A DNA stretch of 64,000 nt from an uncultured Acidobacteriota bacterium (GTDB taxonomy: Bacteria; Acidobacteriota; Vicinamibacteria; Vicinamibacterales; UBA8438), in the NCBI GenBank assembly GCA_913043225.1, contig CAJWLU010000001.1:224001-288000 (forward strand), in the 5' to 3' direction. The notes under the pieces are model-generated. The model had not been told where the DNA came from and did not search any database. It was given only the letters and a program-made list of their open reading frames with translations. A program made the translations under genes and the position numbers. This document shows positions 27,621-37,417 of the stretch, piece after piece (the stretch's first letter is position 1; each line of letters begins with the position of its first letter).

Positions 27621-29939
27621 ATGACTCTCCAGAGCACGTGGCGACGCAGTCTGTTAGCAGCCGTCGCCTCATGCCTGGCACCACAGCTCCTCTTCGCGCA
27701 GCCCAGACTCCAGTTGCCCGGCTCCGGCTCTGCCGCAGGCGAGATCGAGTTGGTGGCGGAGGCGCCTGGCAAGGTCGCCGCGGCCACGGAGGTCGCCCAG
27801 CCACCAACCCTGGACGGCAACGTGCTGAACGACCCGGCCTGGCGCGGCGTGGTGCCACTCAGCGGGTTCATCCAGAGCGCGCCCGACGAGGGACAGCCGG
27901 CCACCGAGCGCACGGAAGTGCGCGTCGTCTTCACTGAGGACACGATCTACTTTGGGGTGATCTGCTACGACGCGGACCCGAGCGGCATCATCATGACCGA
28001 CAGCCGCCGAGACTCGTCGATGAACACTGCTGACAGCTTCCAAATGATCCTGGACACCTTCTCGGATCGGCAGAACGGATTCGTGTTCGGCACTACCCCG
28101 GCCGGCCAGGAGTACGACGGGCAGGTCACCGACGAGGGCGGCGGCAGCAGTCTGTTCGGAGGAGGAGGCGGCGGCGGCTTCTCACGCGGCAGTGGCAGCG
28201 GCTTCAACTTGAACTGGGACGGCGCGTGGCAGGTGGCGACGGCCATCACCGACGCAGGCTGGACCGCGGAGTTCGCCATCCCGTTCCGTACCATCCGGTT
28301 CCCCGAGCGAGAAGCTCAGTCATGGGGCGTGAACTTCCAGCGGAACATCCGTCGCCGAAACGAGACCGCCTACTGGGCACCGCTGCCCCGGCAGTACAGC
28401 CTCTACCGAGTGTCGATGGCGGGCCAGCTTGGCGGCATTCGGGCACCGATTGGTCTCGGTAGCAACCTGCAGTTCACACCCTACGTGGTCGGCGAGCTGG
28501 CCACCCGCGACAACACTCCCGACCGCGACCCGCTGGCGCTGGGCGACTTCGGTGCCGACCTGAAATACAGCGTAAACACGGGGCTGACGCTTGATGCCAC
28601 CTACAACACTGACTTCGCCCAGGTGGAGGTGGACGACCAGCAGATCAACCTGGACCGATTCAACCTGTTCTTCCCCGAGAAGCGGCCGTTCTTCCTGGAG
28701 AACGCTGGCGTGTTCTCCGTGGCCAACCAGGGGCCAGCCAGCGGCCAGAATCTCGGGCAGACCGAGCTCTTCTTCAGCCGACGCATCGGCATCAGCCGCG
28801 GCACCCAGGTGCCGATCCTCGGTGGCGCCCGGCTCTCGGGCAAGGTGACTGACTCGACCACTATCGGCTTCCTCAACATGCAGACCGACGAGGTGGGCGA
28901 TCTGGGAAACAACTTCACGGTGGCTCGGCTTCGACGCGACCTGCCAAACCGCTCGAGTATCGGCGGACTATTCGTTAACCGGCAGGGCACAGGCCAAGAC
29001 GCGCTCGACAACGACCACAACCGGACCTATGCCTTCGACGGGCGCTGGGGCTTGGGGCAGAACGGCATGGTCCAAGGATTCATCGGCCGCACGGAGACCC
29101 CGGGGCGCACCGGCCGCGATCACGCCGGTAGCCTCTCGGCTCGCTGGGACTCGGAAACATGGCGAGCGGTCGCCGGATACCAAGAGAACGGCGAAGACTT
29201 CAACCCGGAGGTCGGGTTTCTCCGGCGCACGGGTGGGTTTCGCAAGGTCGACTTCGGGATCAACAACACCACCCGTCCAAACGGCTTTCTGAAGTATCAG
29301 GAGCTCACGCCGCACGCGAGCTTCACGCGGTTCTGGAACCTGGACGGAGTGATGGAGACCACCTACGTCCACATGCACTATGAGGGCGAGTTCGAGGATA
29401 GCTCGTCTGCCGGCGTCACCTGGAACATTCGTCAGGAACGGGTCTTCGACCCGTTCATCGTGTCCGGCCTGTCAGTCCCGCCGGGCAGTTACGAGTTCAA
29501 CGAGATCACCTACTCCTACAGCTCTAGTCGCGCGGCCCCGGTCAGTGTCTCCATTCGCGCGACCGACGCCGGGTTCTTCGGCGGCAACATCATCACTATC
29601 CGGCCGTCAATCCGCGCCCGTTACAGTGAGACGCTCAACATGTCGCTCAGCTACAGCCGAAACGACATCGACCTACCGAACGGGAGCACCATCACCAACC
29701 TGACCAGCGTGAGCGTGGCCTACAACTTCTCGCCTCGGCTCTACGCCCAGACGCTCCTCCAGCACAACGACAGCGCCGACCTGTGGTCCCTTAATTTCCG
29801 ACTGGGCTGGCTGCAAGACGCGAACACGGGTCTCTTTTTCGTCTATAACGAGACCGAGGGACTGGGCGAGATAATTCCCCAATTCGCCGGACGCAATATC
29901 ATTGTCAAGTACAGCTACCTCTTCGACGTACTCAATTGA
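27621..29939 (+). CDS. DUF5916/CBM9-like outer-membrane protein, second paralog
   Basis: LDGNVLNDPAW, ATERTEV, WTAEFAIPF, NTDFAQVEVDDQQINLDRFNLFFPEKRPFFLEN, FFSRRIG; contains a poly-Gly loop. Confidence 0.82.
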   Translation: MTLQSTWRRSLLAAVASCLAPQLLFAQPRLQLPGSGSAAGEIELVAEAPGKVAAATEVAQPPTLDGNVLNDPAWRGVVPLSGFIQSAPDEGQPATERTEVRVVFTEDTIYFGVICYDADPSGIIMTDSRRDSSMNTADSFQMILDTFSDRQNGFVFGTTPAGQEYDGQVTDEGGGSSLFGGGGGGGFSRGSGSGFNLNWDGAWQVATAITDAGWTAEFAIPFRTIRFPEREAQSWGVNFQRNIRRRNETAYWAPLPRQYSLYRVSMAGQLGGIRAPIGLGSNLQFTPYVVGELATRDNTPDRDPLALGDFGADLKYSVNTGLTLDATYNTDFAQVEVDDQQINLDRFNLFFPEKRPFFLENAGVFSVANQGPASGQNLGQTELFFSRRIGISRGTQVPILGGARLSGKVTDSTTIGFLNMQTDEVGDLGNNFTVARLRRDLPNRSSIGGLFVNRQGTGQDALDNDHNRTYAFDGRWGLGQNGMVQGFIGRTETPGRTGRDHAGSLSARWDSETWRAVAGYQENGEDFNPEVGFLRRTGGFRKVDFGINNTTRPNGFLKYQELTPHASFTRFWNLDGVMETTYVHMHYEGEFEDSSSAGVTWNIRQERVFDPFIVSGLSVPPGSYEFNEITYSYSSSRAAPVSVSIRATDAGFFGGNIITIRPSIRARYSETLNMSLSYSRNDIDLPNGSTITNLTSVSVAYNFSPRLYAQTLLQHNDSADLWSLNFRLGWLQDANTGLFFVYNETEGLGEIIPQFAGRNIIVKYSYLFDVLN

Positions 29940-29959
29940 GTTTCCCAACGGGGGTCGAG

Positions 29960-31303
29960 ATGAATCGGACCGCTTTGGCTCTAGTAGGACTGCTAACAGC
30001 GAGCGCTCTCTCGCTCTCTGCCGAAGACTGGCCGCAATGGCGGGGCACCGACCGCCTCGCTGTCTGGAGTGAGAGCGGCATCGTCACCCAGCTGCCCGAA
30101 GAGTTGAAGGTGACCTGGCGGGTCCCTGTCCGGCATGGGTACGCCGGTCCTGCCGTAGCCGACGGGCGCGTGTTCGTCCTCGACTGGCTGGAGGATCCAG
30201 AGTCGCGCACCGTCGACGGGACAGAGCGGCTACTCGCGCTGGACGAAGAGACCGGCGATGTACTCTGGACCCACGAGTGGACCACCACCTACCGGATGCT
30301 GATGTTCTCCTACGCCGTAGGTCCGCGCGCGACCCCGACCGTGGATGACGATCGAGTCTACGTGGTGGGCGCCACCGGCCGCCTGCTCTGCCTGAACGTC
30401 GAGACCGGCGACGTGATCTGGGAAAAGGACTACATCGCCGACTACGACACCAGCGTCCCGACTTGGGGCGTGGCGAGCGCACCACTGGTCGACGGCGACC
30501 GCCTGATCACTATCGTAGGCGGAGAGCCGGACGCGCTGGTCATGGCGTTCAACAAACACACGGGCGAGGAGATCTGGCGAGCCATCGAGGTCATCTCCGA
30601 AATGGGCTACGGCCAGCCGGTGATCTACGAGGCTGGCGGCACACGCCAGCTCATCATCTGGCACCCCACCGCGCTGACCTCGCTCGACCCGGCGACGGGC
30701 GAGATCTTCTGGAATCAGCCGTGGGAGGTGCAATCGAGCGTGTCAGTGGCCACGCCGGCCCGCGACGGCGACTATCTGTTAGTGTCGCAGTTCTATCGCG
30801 GCTCCATGATGATGCGCCTGAGCTCTGACCGCCCCGACGCCACCATGCTCTGGCAGGGCACCGGGCGGGACAGCCTGCCCGAGGCCACCGACGGGTTGCA
30901 CGCGATGATCACGACGCCGATCGTGGATGGTGACTACATCTACGGCGTCGGCAGCTATGGCGAACTCCGCGGACTTGACGCCAGAACCGGCGAGCGGCTG
31001 TGGATGAGTTCGGACATGACACCGCAGGCAAGGTGGGGTGGCGCCTACATGGTGCGTCACGGTAACCGCTATTTCGTGCAGAACGACGATGGCGACCTGA
31101 TCATCGCCGAGTTTACGCCGACCGGCTACGTGGAGCACAGCCGCACGAAGCTGATCGAACCCACGATGAGCGCCGGCTACGGTCCGAGACGCACCTTCGA
31201 CCGGTTGGTGAGCTGGTCGCACCCAGCCTTCGCCAACCAGCACATCGTGCAACGCAACGACCGCGAGATCATCCGAGCGTCACTCGCCGCCGATGACTAC
31301 TGA
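29960..31303 (+). CDS. PQQ-binding-like (BamB-like) beta-propeller protein
   Basis: AEDWPQWRGTDR, GYAGPAVADGRV, GPRATPTV, TGxxxW blade repeats, SWSHPAFAN; signal peptide from ATG 29960. Confidence 0.85.
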   Translation: MNRTALALVGLLTASALSLSAEDWPQWRGTDRLAVWSESGIVTQLPEELKVTWRVPVRHGYAGPAVADGRVFVLDWLEDPESRTVDGTERLLALDEETGDVLWTHEWTTTYRMLMFSYAVGPRATPTVDDDRVYVVGATGRLLCLNVETGDVIWEKDYIADYDTSVPTWGVASAPLVDGDRLITIVGGEPDALVMAFNKHTGEEIWRAIEVISEMGYGQPVIYEAGGTRQLIIWHPTALTSLDPATGEIFWNQPWEVQSSVSVATPARDGDYLLVSQFYRGSMMMRLSSDRPDATMLWQGTGRDSLPEATDGLHAMITTPIVDGDYIYGVGSYGELRGLDARTGERLWMSSDMTPQARWGGAYMVRHGNRYFVQNDDGDLIIAEFTPTGYVEHSRTKLIEPTMSAGYGPRRTFDRLVSWSHPAFANQHIVQRNDREIIRASLAADDY

Positions 31304-31308
31304 CGGCG

Positions 31309-32310
31309 CTACTTCGGCTCGCTCTTGATCCGAAGACCCTCGTCCTGGATGGTCTTGTTGAGCAGGCTCGCGCACGCGTAGAGCGCGCGAAGCGTGGGTA
31401 CCTTAACCCCGGTCATCTCCGCCAGCTCGATCACCACGCCGAGCATCCCGTCGATCTCGAGCGGCTTGCCCACCTCGACGTCCTGCAGCATCGACGTCTT
31501 GTGCTTCCCGACCGACTCGGCGCCTGAGATCCGACGCTCCATCGGCACCCGGAAGTGCGCGCCCAGTCGCTCCGCCACCGCCTGCGCCTCGGTCATCATC
31601 GTGCCCGCCAGCGCGCGCGTCAGCGGGAACTGACAAATATCCACCAGTGTGGAGTGGGTCACGGCGCTGATCGGGTTGAACGTCAAGTTGCCCCAGAGCT
31701 TCAGCCAGATCTCGGACCTGATATCGTCGAGCACGCGCGCCTTGAAGCCACCCTCCCCGAACAATGCGGCCACTGCACGCACCCGGTCCGATTCGCTACC
31801 GTCCAGCTCTCCGACGGGGAACCGATTCCCCTCGACATGCTGGATCACACCGGGTTCGGCAATCGTGGCCGCCGGGTAGGCGATGCAACCGATGACGCGG
31901 TCTGGATCAATCGCCTTGAAGAGCACCCCCCCCGGATCCACAGTTTCGACCACTCGGTCGGCGTAAGGACCGTCGAGCTTCTGGAAGTACCACCACGGTA
32001 TGCCGTTCTGCAGGGTGACTAGGACCGTATTCGACCGGAACAGCGACGGGAGTTGGTCGACGATCGGCACAATCTGATGCGCCTTCAGAGCCAGGAGCAC
32101 GACATCCTGTGCGTCGAGGTCCGCGATCCGATCGGTTGCCGCAAGGGTCGCGACCTGCCGCTGGCCACCCTCGACCAGCACCATCCCGTTTGCCTTGATG
32201 GCAGCCAGGTGCGGGCCACGCGCAATGGCCGACACCTCATGCCCGGCGTTGGCCAGCCGCACCGCCATATAGCCACCAATGGCCCCCGCCCCGACGACAC
32301 ACACCTTCAT
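31309..32310 (-). CDS. panE: 2-dehydropantoate 2-reductase family protein, candidate oxalyl-CoA reductase (PanE2-like)
   Basis: GAGAIGG, LQNGIPWWYF, WLKLWGNLTFNPISA, HKTSMLQD; directly downstream of frc. Confidence 0.85.
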   Translation of the reverse strand: MKVCVVGAGAIGGYMAVRLANAGHEVSAIARGPHLAAIKANGMVLVEGGQRQVATLAATDRIADLDAQDVVLLALKAHQIVPIVDQLPSLFRSNTVLVTLQNGIPWWYFQKLDGPYADRVVETVDPGGVLFKAIDPDRVIGCIAYPAATIAEPGVIQHVEGNRFPVGELDGSESDRVRAVAALFGEGGFKARVLDDIRSEIWLKLWGNLTFNPISAVTHSTLVDICQFPLTRALAGTMMTEAQAVAERLGAHFRVPMERRISGAESVGKHKTSMLQDVEVGKPLEIDGMLGVVIELAEMTGVKVPTLRALYACASLLNKTIQDEGLRIKSEPK

Positions 32311-32334
32311 CTATCTGTATCCTTCGGCACCGCC

Positions 32335-33579
32335 CTACAGTGCGCCGTCTGTCTTCGCTGCCGCGATCGCCTTGTCGTCCATGCCGAGTACCTGCTTCAG
32401 GACCTCATCGGTATGCTCGCCGAGCAGCGGTGACCGTCGCACCTCGACCGGTGAATCGGACAGCTTGATCGGGTTGCCAACCGTTAGATACGCCCCGCGC
32501 GTAGGATGATCAACCTCCACCACAGTGCCCGTAGCGCGCAGCGACGGCTCCTCGGACAGCTCCTTCATGGAAAGCACCGGTCCGCACGGCACATTCAACG
32601 GATTGAGAATCTCCATGGCCTCGAACTTCGTCTTCGTCATGGTCCACTGCTCGATCTCATCGAACATCTGATCGATCTTAGGGAGTCTGGCCTCGGCGGT
32701 ATTCCACTCCGGGTCTCCGAGCCAGTCCTCGTGTCCGATCACCCTAGCCAGCCGGTCGAAGGCTGCGGCCTGCGCAATGACGTAGAGATAGGCGTCTGGG
32801 TCAGTCTCCCAACCCTTGCACTTGACGATCCACCCAGGCTGTCCACCGCCGGATGCATTACCCGCACGCGGCGTGGCGACACCAAAGGTTCCATTCGGAT
32901 ACTGGGGATATTCCTTGAGCGGTCCGTGGGTCAGCCGTTGCTGATCCCGAAGTTTGACGCGACACAGATTGAGCACCCCATCCTGCATCGCGCATTCGAC
33001 TCGCTGTCCTCTTCCGGTAGTCTCCCGCTGGAAGAGGGCCGTGACGATCCCCAGAGCCAGATGGAGACCGGTTCCAGAGTCGCCAATCTGCGCTCCGGTC
33101 ACCACCGGCGGCCCGCTAGGAAACCCGGTAGTACTGGCGCCGCCGCCCGTGCACTGCGCGACGTTCTCGTAGACCTTGCAGTCCTCGTACGGACCGGGGC
33201 CGAAGCCCTTCACCGAGGCGTAGATAATCCGCGGGTTTATTTCCTGGATCCGCTTCCAGGAGAAGCCCATCCGATCCAGCGCGCCGGGCGCGAAGTTCTC
33301 GACCAGCACATCACACGACTCGATCAGACGGGTAAAGATGCCCTTGCCGCACTCATCCTTCGTGTTGAGCGTGATGCTGCGCTTGTTGTGGTTCAGCATC
33401 GTGAAATAGAGGCTGTCCACATCAGGAATGTCACGAAGCTGGCCACGTGTCGCGTCACCCTTGCCCGGCCGCTCGACCTTAATTACGTCGGCACCAAACC
33501 AAGCGAGCAGCTGCGTGCAGGTCGGCCCCGACTGCACATGGGTCATGTCGAGGATGCGAACTCCGTCGAGCGCCTTCAT
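32335..33579 (-). CDS. frc: Formyl-CoA:oxalate CoA-transferase
   Basis: [80 protein letters not shown]. Confidence 0.93.
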   Translation of the reverse strand: MKALDGVRILDMTHVQSGPTCTQLLAWFGADVIKVERPGKGDATRGQLRDIPDVDSLYFTMLNHNKRSITLNTKDECGKGIFTRLIESCDVLVENFAPGALDRMGFSWKRIQEINPRIIYASVKGFGPGPYEDCKVYENVAQCTGGGASTTGFPSGPPVVTGAQIGDSGTGLHLALGIVTALFQRETTGRGQRVECAMQDGVLNLCRVKLRDQQRLTHGPLKEYPQYPNGTFGVATPRAGNASGGGQPGWIVKCKGWETDPDAYLYVIAQAAAFDRLARVIGHEDWLGDPEWNTAEARLPKIDQMFDEIEQWTMTKTKFEAMEILNPLNVPCGPVLSMKELSEEPSLRATGTVVEVDHPTRGAYLTVGNPIKLSDSPVEVRRSPLLGEHTDEVLKQVLGMDDKAIAAAKTDGAL

Positions 33580-33704
33580 GGTCCTGAGTCTCCTTGGTCT
33601 GTCCCGGACACCCCGCCGCCGGGCCGCCGAGCACGACATTATGTCATCGCTGAGACGTCGGTGAATCTCGTTCAGGCCAACTAGAACACGGTAGGAGGCT
33701 ACTC

Positions 33705-33898
33705 ATGACGAGCGCCGACCGCCCGCCTATGTGCACATCGCCTCGCCGGATGTCCACGTCGCCCACGCCGAGCAGTGCATCGTGATGGACGTCCACGGAC
33801 GAGACTTCGGTCTGCCCACCGGGCCGGTACTGAACACCGGTGGCCGAGCCCGAGGCCTGCTCAAAGAGGCCTTGGCCGTGCCTCGTGGCGACGAATAA
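33705..33898 (+). pseudogene. Probable frameshifted small-gene remnant
   Basis: AGGAGG then ATG 33705; that frame stops after 26 codons, while a shifted frame with coding-like codons reads AYVHIASPDVHVAHAEQCIVMDVHGRDFG...PRGDE to TAA 33898. Confidence 0.35.
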
Positions 33899-33913
33899 CG
33901 TAGCTCTCCTGAT

Positions 33914-35200
33914 CTATGGCCACGAGGCAGCCACCTCCTCCACCCGCCGTAGCGCACGGAGGAGGTTGCCGCCCCAGAGCTGGGCAATCTCAGCTTCGGA
34001 GTACCCTCGCCGGACCAGTTCGAGTGTGACATTGAAGCTCTCGCTCGCGTCGTCCCAACCCTCGACCCCGCCCCCGCCGTCGAAATCAGAGCTGATCCCG
34101 ACGTAATCGAGCCCGATCAACTGCACCGCGTAGTCAATGTGATCCACGAACGCGGCGACATCGGCACGCTGGAAGATCCGGTCGATCTCGCGTAGCTCGT
34201 GCTCGAACCTGGCGCGGTCACCCGACGACAGGGCGTCGAGGCCTCCGTCGTCCCGGGGGATAAGCCCGACCGATTCGCGCAAAGCGCTGATTGCGTCATC
34301 TCGAACCTCGGTGGCCTCACTGACGAAGGCGTCGAGCGCCACGGTCTGCATTACGCCATCGTTGTCTGCGAGCGCGCGCAACTGCTCGTCGTCGAGATTC
34401 CGGGGGTGGTCGACGAGCGCGCGGACGCTGGAATGTGACGCGATCACCGGGGCCTGGGAGAGCCGGGTGACCTCGAGCATGGCGGCCCGCGAGGCGTGCG
34501 ACACATCGACCATCATCCCGAGTCGGTTCAGCTCGCGGACAACCTCCTCGCCAAAGGCGCTCAGCCCACCGTGCTCGCTCGGCCGGTCGCCGAGCTCGGG
34601 CCGCGGATTCGCGGAGTCGGCGATGTCGTTGTGGCCGTTGTGAACCAGGCCGAAGTAGCGGGCGCCGAGGTCGTAGTAGGTCTCGGCGAGCGACAGATCC
34701 TGCCCGATGACATAGCCATTCTCGACCCCGATGGCAGCCACGAGGCGACCGGACTCCGCGATCCTGGCGAAGTCATCGGCTGCACGCGCGAGACCAATCC
34801 GTTCCGGATAGAGCTCGTCGGTCATGCGGTGGATGGCCTCGAACTTGGTTATCGCGTCCGCTCGCGCACGCGCGTAGTTCTCCGGTGTGCGCTCGGTCTG
34901 CGCCACGTAGACAACGAAGAACCCGGCATCGAGACCGCCCGCCTCCATCTTCGGCAAGTCGACCTGTCGAGCGCCACGAACACCGGGATCGACCTCGTCG
35001 GTAGCAAAGTTCAGCGGGATATCATCGTGGGTGTCGATGGTCAGCACGCGCTCGTGGATCTCACGCGCGCGGGTTTCGAGGTCGGCGGCAGGCTCGACAG
35101 ACCGTTCTCCCATCGCGACCGGCGGTTCCGCTGCGCACCCCGTGAAGACGCAAACCGCGACTAGCCCCAACCACACACGACACCTGGACCAACCTGTCAT
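33914..35200 (-). CDS. Membrane dipeptidase (peptidase M19), lipoprotein
   Basis: IDTHDD, GVENG, NRLGMMVDVSH, PVIASHS, HPRNLDD, GISSDFDGGG, GGNLLR; lipobox FTGC; SD GGAGG. Confidence 0.92.
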   Translation of the reverse strand: MTGWSRCRVWLGLVAVCVFTGCAAEPPVAMGERSVEPAADLETRAREIHERVLTIDTHDDIPLNFATDEVDPGVRGARQVDLPKMEAGGLDAGFFVVYVAQTERTPENYARARADAITKFEAIHRMTDELYPERIGLARAADDFARIAESGRLVAAIGVENGYVIGQDLSLAETYYDLGARYFGLVHNGHNDIADSANPRPELGDRPSEHGGLSAFGEEVVRELNRLGMMVDVSHASRAAMLEVTRLSQAPVIASHSSVRALVDHPRNLDDEQLRALADNDGVMQTVALDAFVSEATEVRDDAISALRESVGLIPRDDGGLDALSSGDRARFEHELREIDRIFQRADVAAFVDHIDYAVQLIGLDYVGISSDFDGGGGVEGWDDASESFNVTLELVRRGYSEAEIAQLWGGNLLRALRRVEEVAASWP

Positions 35201-35256
35201 CGCTCCTCCCGTGGAACCGTATCCCGCCATTCTATGCGCCGTATACTGGTCGCCCG

Positions 35257-36414
35257 GTGGCCACCTGCCAGAGAACCCGCTTCCTGCTCCCCGATGAGGT
35301 GCACTACCTCAATTGCGCCTACATGGCGCCGCTGGCCGACACGGTCCGGGCGGCCGGGATCGCTGGCATCGACCGGCGAACTGCCCCGCACCTGATAACA
35401 CCGGCGGACTTCTTCGAGGAGAGCGACCGCGTCCGGGTGTTGTTCTCCCGGCTGGTCAATGTCTCCGACTCGAACCGTATCGCCCTGCTCCCGTCGGTCT
35501 CCTACGGACTTGCCATCGTGGCGCGGAACCTCCCGGTCACCCAAGGAGGCAACGTAGTGATTGTCGAGGAACAGTTCCCCAGCAATGTCTACGCTTGGCG
35601 AAGGCTGTGCGCGGAAGAGCAGCTGGAGCTGAGAACCGTCGCCGCACCCGACGAAGGCGCCAATAGCGGCCGTGGCGCGGCATGGAACACGAGAGTGCTG
35701 GCCGCCATCGATCGCCACACGACCCTGGTCGCGCTCCCCCACGTCCACTGGACCGATGGCACCAGATTCGACCTCGCTCGGATCGCTGAGCGCGCCAGGG
35801 AGTGCCGAGCCTGGGTCGCCGTCGACGGCACCCAGTCAGTCGGCGCCGTCCCCTTCGATGTCCGGGAAATTCAACCCGACGCACTGGTGTGCGCCGGTTA
35901 CAAGTGGCTGCTTGGTCCCTACTCGACCGCGCTGGCGTACTTTGGGCCGGCTCTCGACGGCGGCAGGCCGCTTGAGGAAAACTGGATCACTCGTCGAGAT
36001 AGCGGACAGTTCGCCGAACTCGTACACTATCGCGACGAATATCAGCCAGCATCCATTCGGTACGACGTCGGCGAACGGTCGAACTTCACCTTGCTCCCGA
36101 TGCTGGCCGCGGCGTTGAAACTGGTGCTGGAGTGGACGGCACCGGCGATCTCGGCCTATTGCCGGAATCTGACGGACCAAGTGGCACCCGCCCTCACAGA
36201 GCGCGGGTACTGGATGGAGTCCGCCCACTGGCGGGCGCCTCATCTACTCGGTCTCCACCTGCCGGCCGGCCTCGACCGCGACCGGCTGGAAGAACGTCTG
36301 CGCCGACGTCAGGTCTCGGTCTCGATGCGGGGCAACGCGATCCGGGTGGCCCCGCACCTCTACAACGACCGCGACGACATGGACGCGCTGGTGGACGCGC
36401 TGGTGGTGGACTAG
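35257..36414 (+). CDS. Aminotransferase class V PLP enzyme (cysteine desulfurase/kynureninase-like fold)
   Basis: YLNCAYMAP, QFPSNVY, VDGTQSVGA, PLP lysine in AGYKWLLGP, IRVAPHLYN. Confidence 0.88.
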   Translation: MATCQRTRFLLPDEVHYLNCAYMAPLADTVRAAGIAGIDRRTAPHLITPADFFEESDRVRVLFSRLVNVSDSNRIALLPSVSYGLAIVARNLPVTQGGNVVIVEEQFPSNVYAWRRLCAEEQLELRTVAAPDEGANSGRGAAWNTRVLAAIDRHTTLVALPHVHWTDGTRFDLARIAERARECRAWVAVDGTQSVGAVPFDVREIQPDALVCAGYKWLLGPYSTALAYFGPALDGGRPLEENWITRRDSGQFAELVHYRDEYQPASIRYDVGERSNFTLLPMLAAALKLVLEWTAPAISAYCRNLTDQVAPALTERGYWMESAHWRAPHLLGLHLPAGLDRDRLEERLRRRQVSVSMRGNAIRVAPHLYNDRDDMDALVDALVVD

Positions 36415-37268
36415 CGGCCGGGCCAGGCTTCCTCGACGACTCGCTCGAGCGGACGCGGCCGAGGCTCGACCCGATAGGCCTGGCGCCGGACCAGGTCATA
36501 GCGATCACCGGCCCCCAAGAAGTAAAAGCGACCACCCGAATCGAGCTGCCGCCGGTGGTCGTATATAGCGACATAGCTCTGCCCGATCACCTCAAACTGG
36601 TCGCCCTCGACGACGATCGCGGTATCTTCGTCGAGCCCGATGCCCAGCAAGGACGGATGCGCCTCGATCACCTCGATAAGATCGAACTGGCGGTTTCGTC
36701 GAAGTAGGTGCTGGTCGATGGCGGTCTCTCGAAGATAGCCGAACCCCTCGACGTGATCGCCCATCATGATGGTATTAGTGGCCGTGTCACCTCTAACCAA
36801 GTAGGAGCCGAGGATCGTGGCACCGGCCGAGGACCCACCAATGACGCCGCCTCGCTCGAGCACCGCATCCAGTTCTCGGTGCACGCGGGTTCCCAAATAC
36901 GCGTCGGCCAGACGCCACTGCCGCCCGCCAGAAAACCAGACCCCGCGGGCACGGCGAAGCGGCTCGACAAAGGCTGCCGAATCGGCTTCATCCCGGTCGG
37001 TGGTGTGCAGCACCGTCAGGTCGGTAGCCCCAGCCTCCCGAAACTGGCGCAGTCCGGGATAGTCCCGGTTGTAGCGCTCCGCACCGCCCGCGGTCGGGAT
37101 GACGACGATCGGCGCATCCTGACCGCCGGACAGTTCGATGAACCGTTCCAGAATGGTGGGGTCGCGCATGGCGCCGCCCACCAGGACGAGCGCACCACGA
37201 GCCGCCCCCCCCGGTTGCGCCCACGCTGGTGCCAGAGCGCAGCACAAGAGCGCGAGAAGCAGGCCCAT
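36411..37268 (-). CDS. Secreted cyanophycinase-like peptidase (S51)
   Basis: LVLVGG, VIPTA, FSGGRQ, nucleophile GSSAGA, IDQH, GLDEDT; signal peptide ending AWA. Confidence 0.85.
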   Translation of the reverse strand: MGLLLALLCCALAPAWAQPGGAARGALVLVGGAMRDPTILERFIELSGGQDAPIVVIPTAGGAERYNRDYPGLRQFREAGATDLTVLHTTDRDEADSAAFVEPLRRARGVWFSGGRQWRLADAYLGTRVHRELDAVLERGGVIGGSSAGATILGSYLVRGDTATNTIMMGDHVEGFGYLRETAIDQHLLRRNRQFDLIEVIEAHPSLLGIGLDEDTAIVVEGDQFEVIGQSYVAIYDHRRQLDSGGRFYFLGAGDRYDLVRRQAYRVEPRPRPLERVVEEAWPGR

Positions 37269-37417
37269 CAAAACGCGGCCTTCACGACCGATCGCAATTG
37301 TCAGTGAGATCAACTCAGGCGATTGTATCCCCACTCCCGCCGTGGCCTCAGATCTACTACAATGACGCGGCATTAGCGGTCCCTACCACCGCCATAGCCA
37401 CACCTGAGTCGTCATCC

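Noticed and set aside
28137..28203. GGC/GGA-rich run as a possible contingency repeat
   Set aside because: In-frame mixed-codon poly-Gly loop inside an intact gene.
32506..33684. Long antisense ORFs (392 aa here; also 11812-12876, 20628-21599, 25072-26043, 40057-40932, 53641-54726)
   Set aside because: Each lies opposite a well-supported gene and has no recognisable motif; typical shadow ORFs of high-GC DNA.
35257..36414. Selenocysteine or pyrrolysine recoding suggested by the PLP enzyme and TAG abundance
   Set aside because: No gene is interrupted by an in-frame TGA/TAG and no sel or pyl genes are present.
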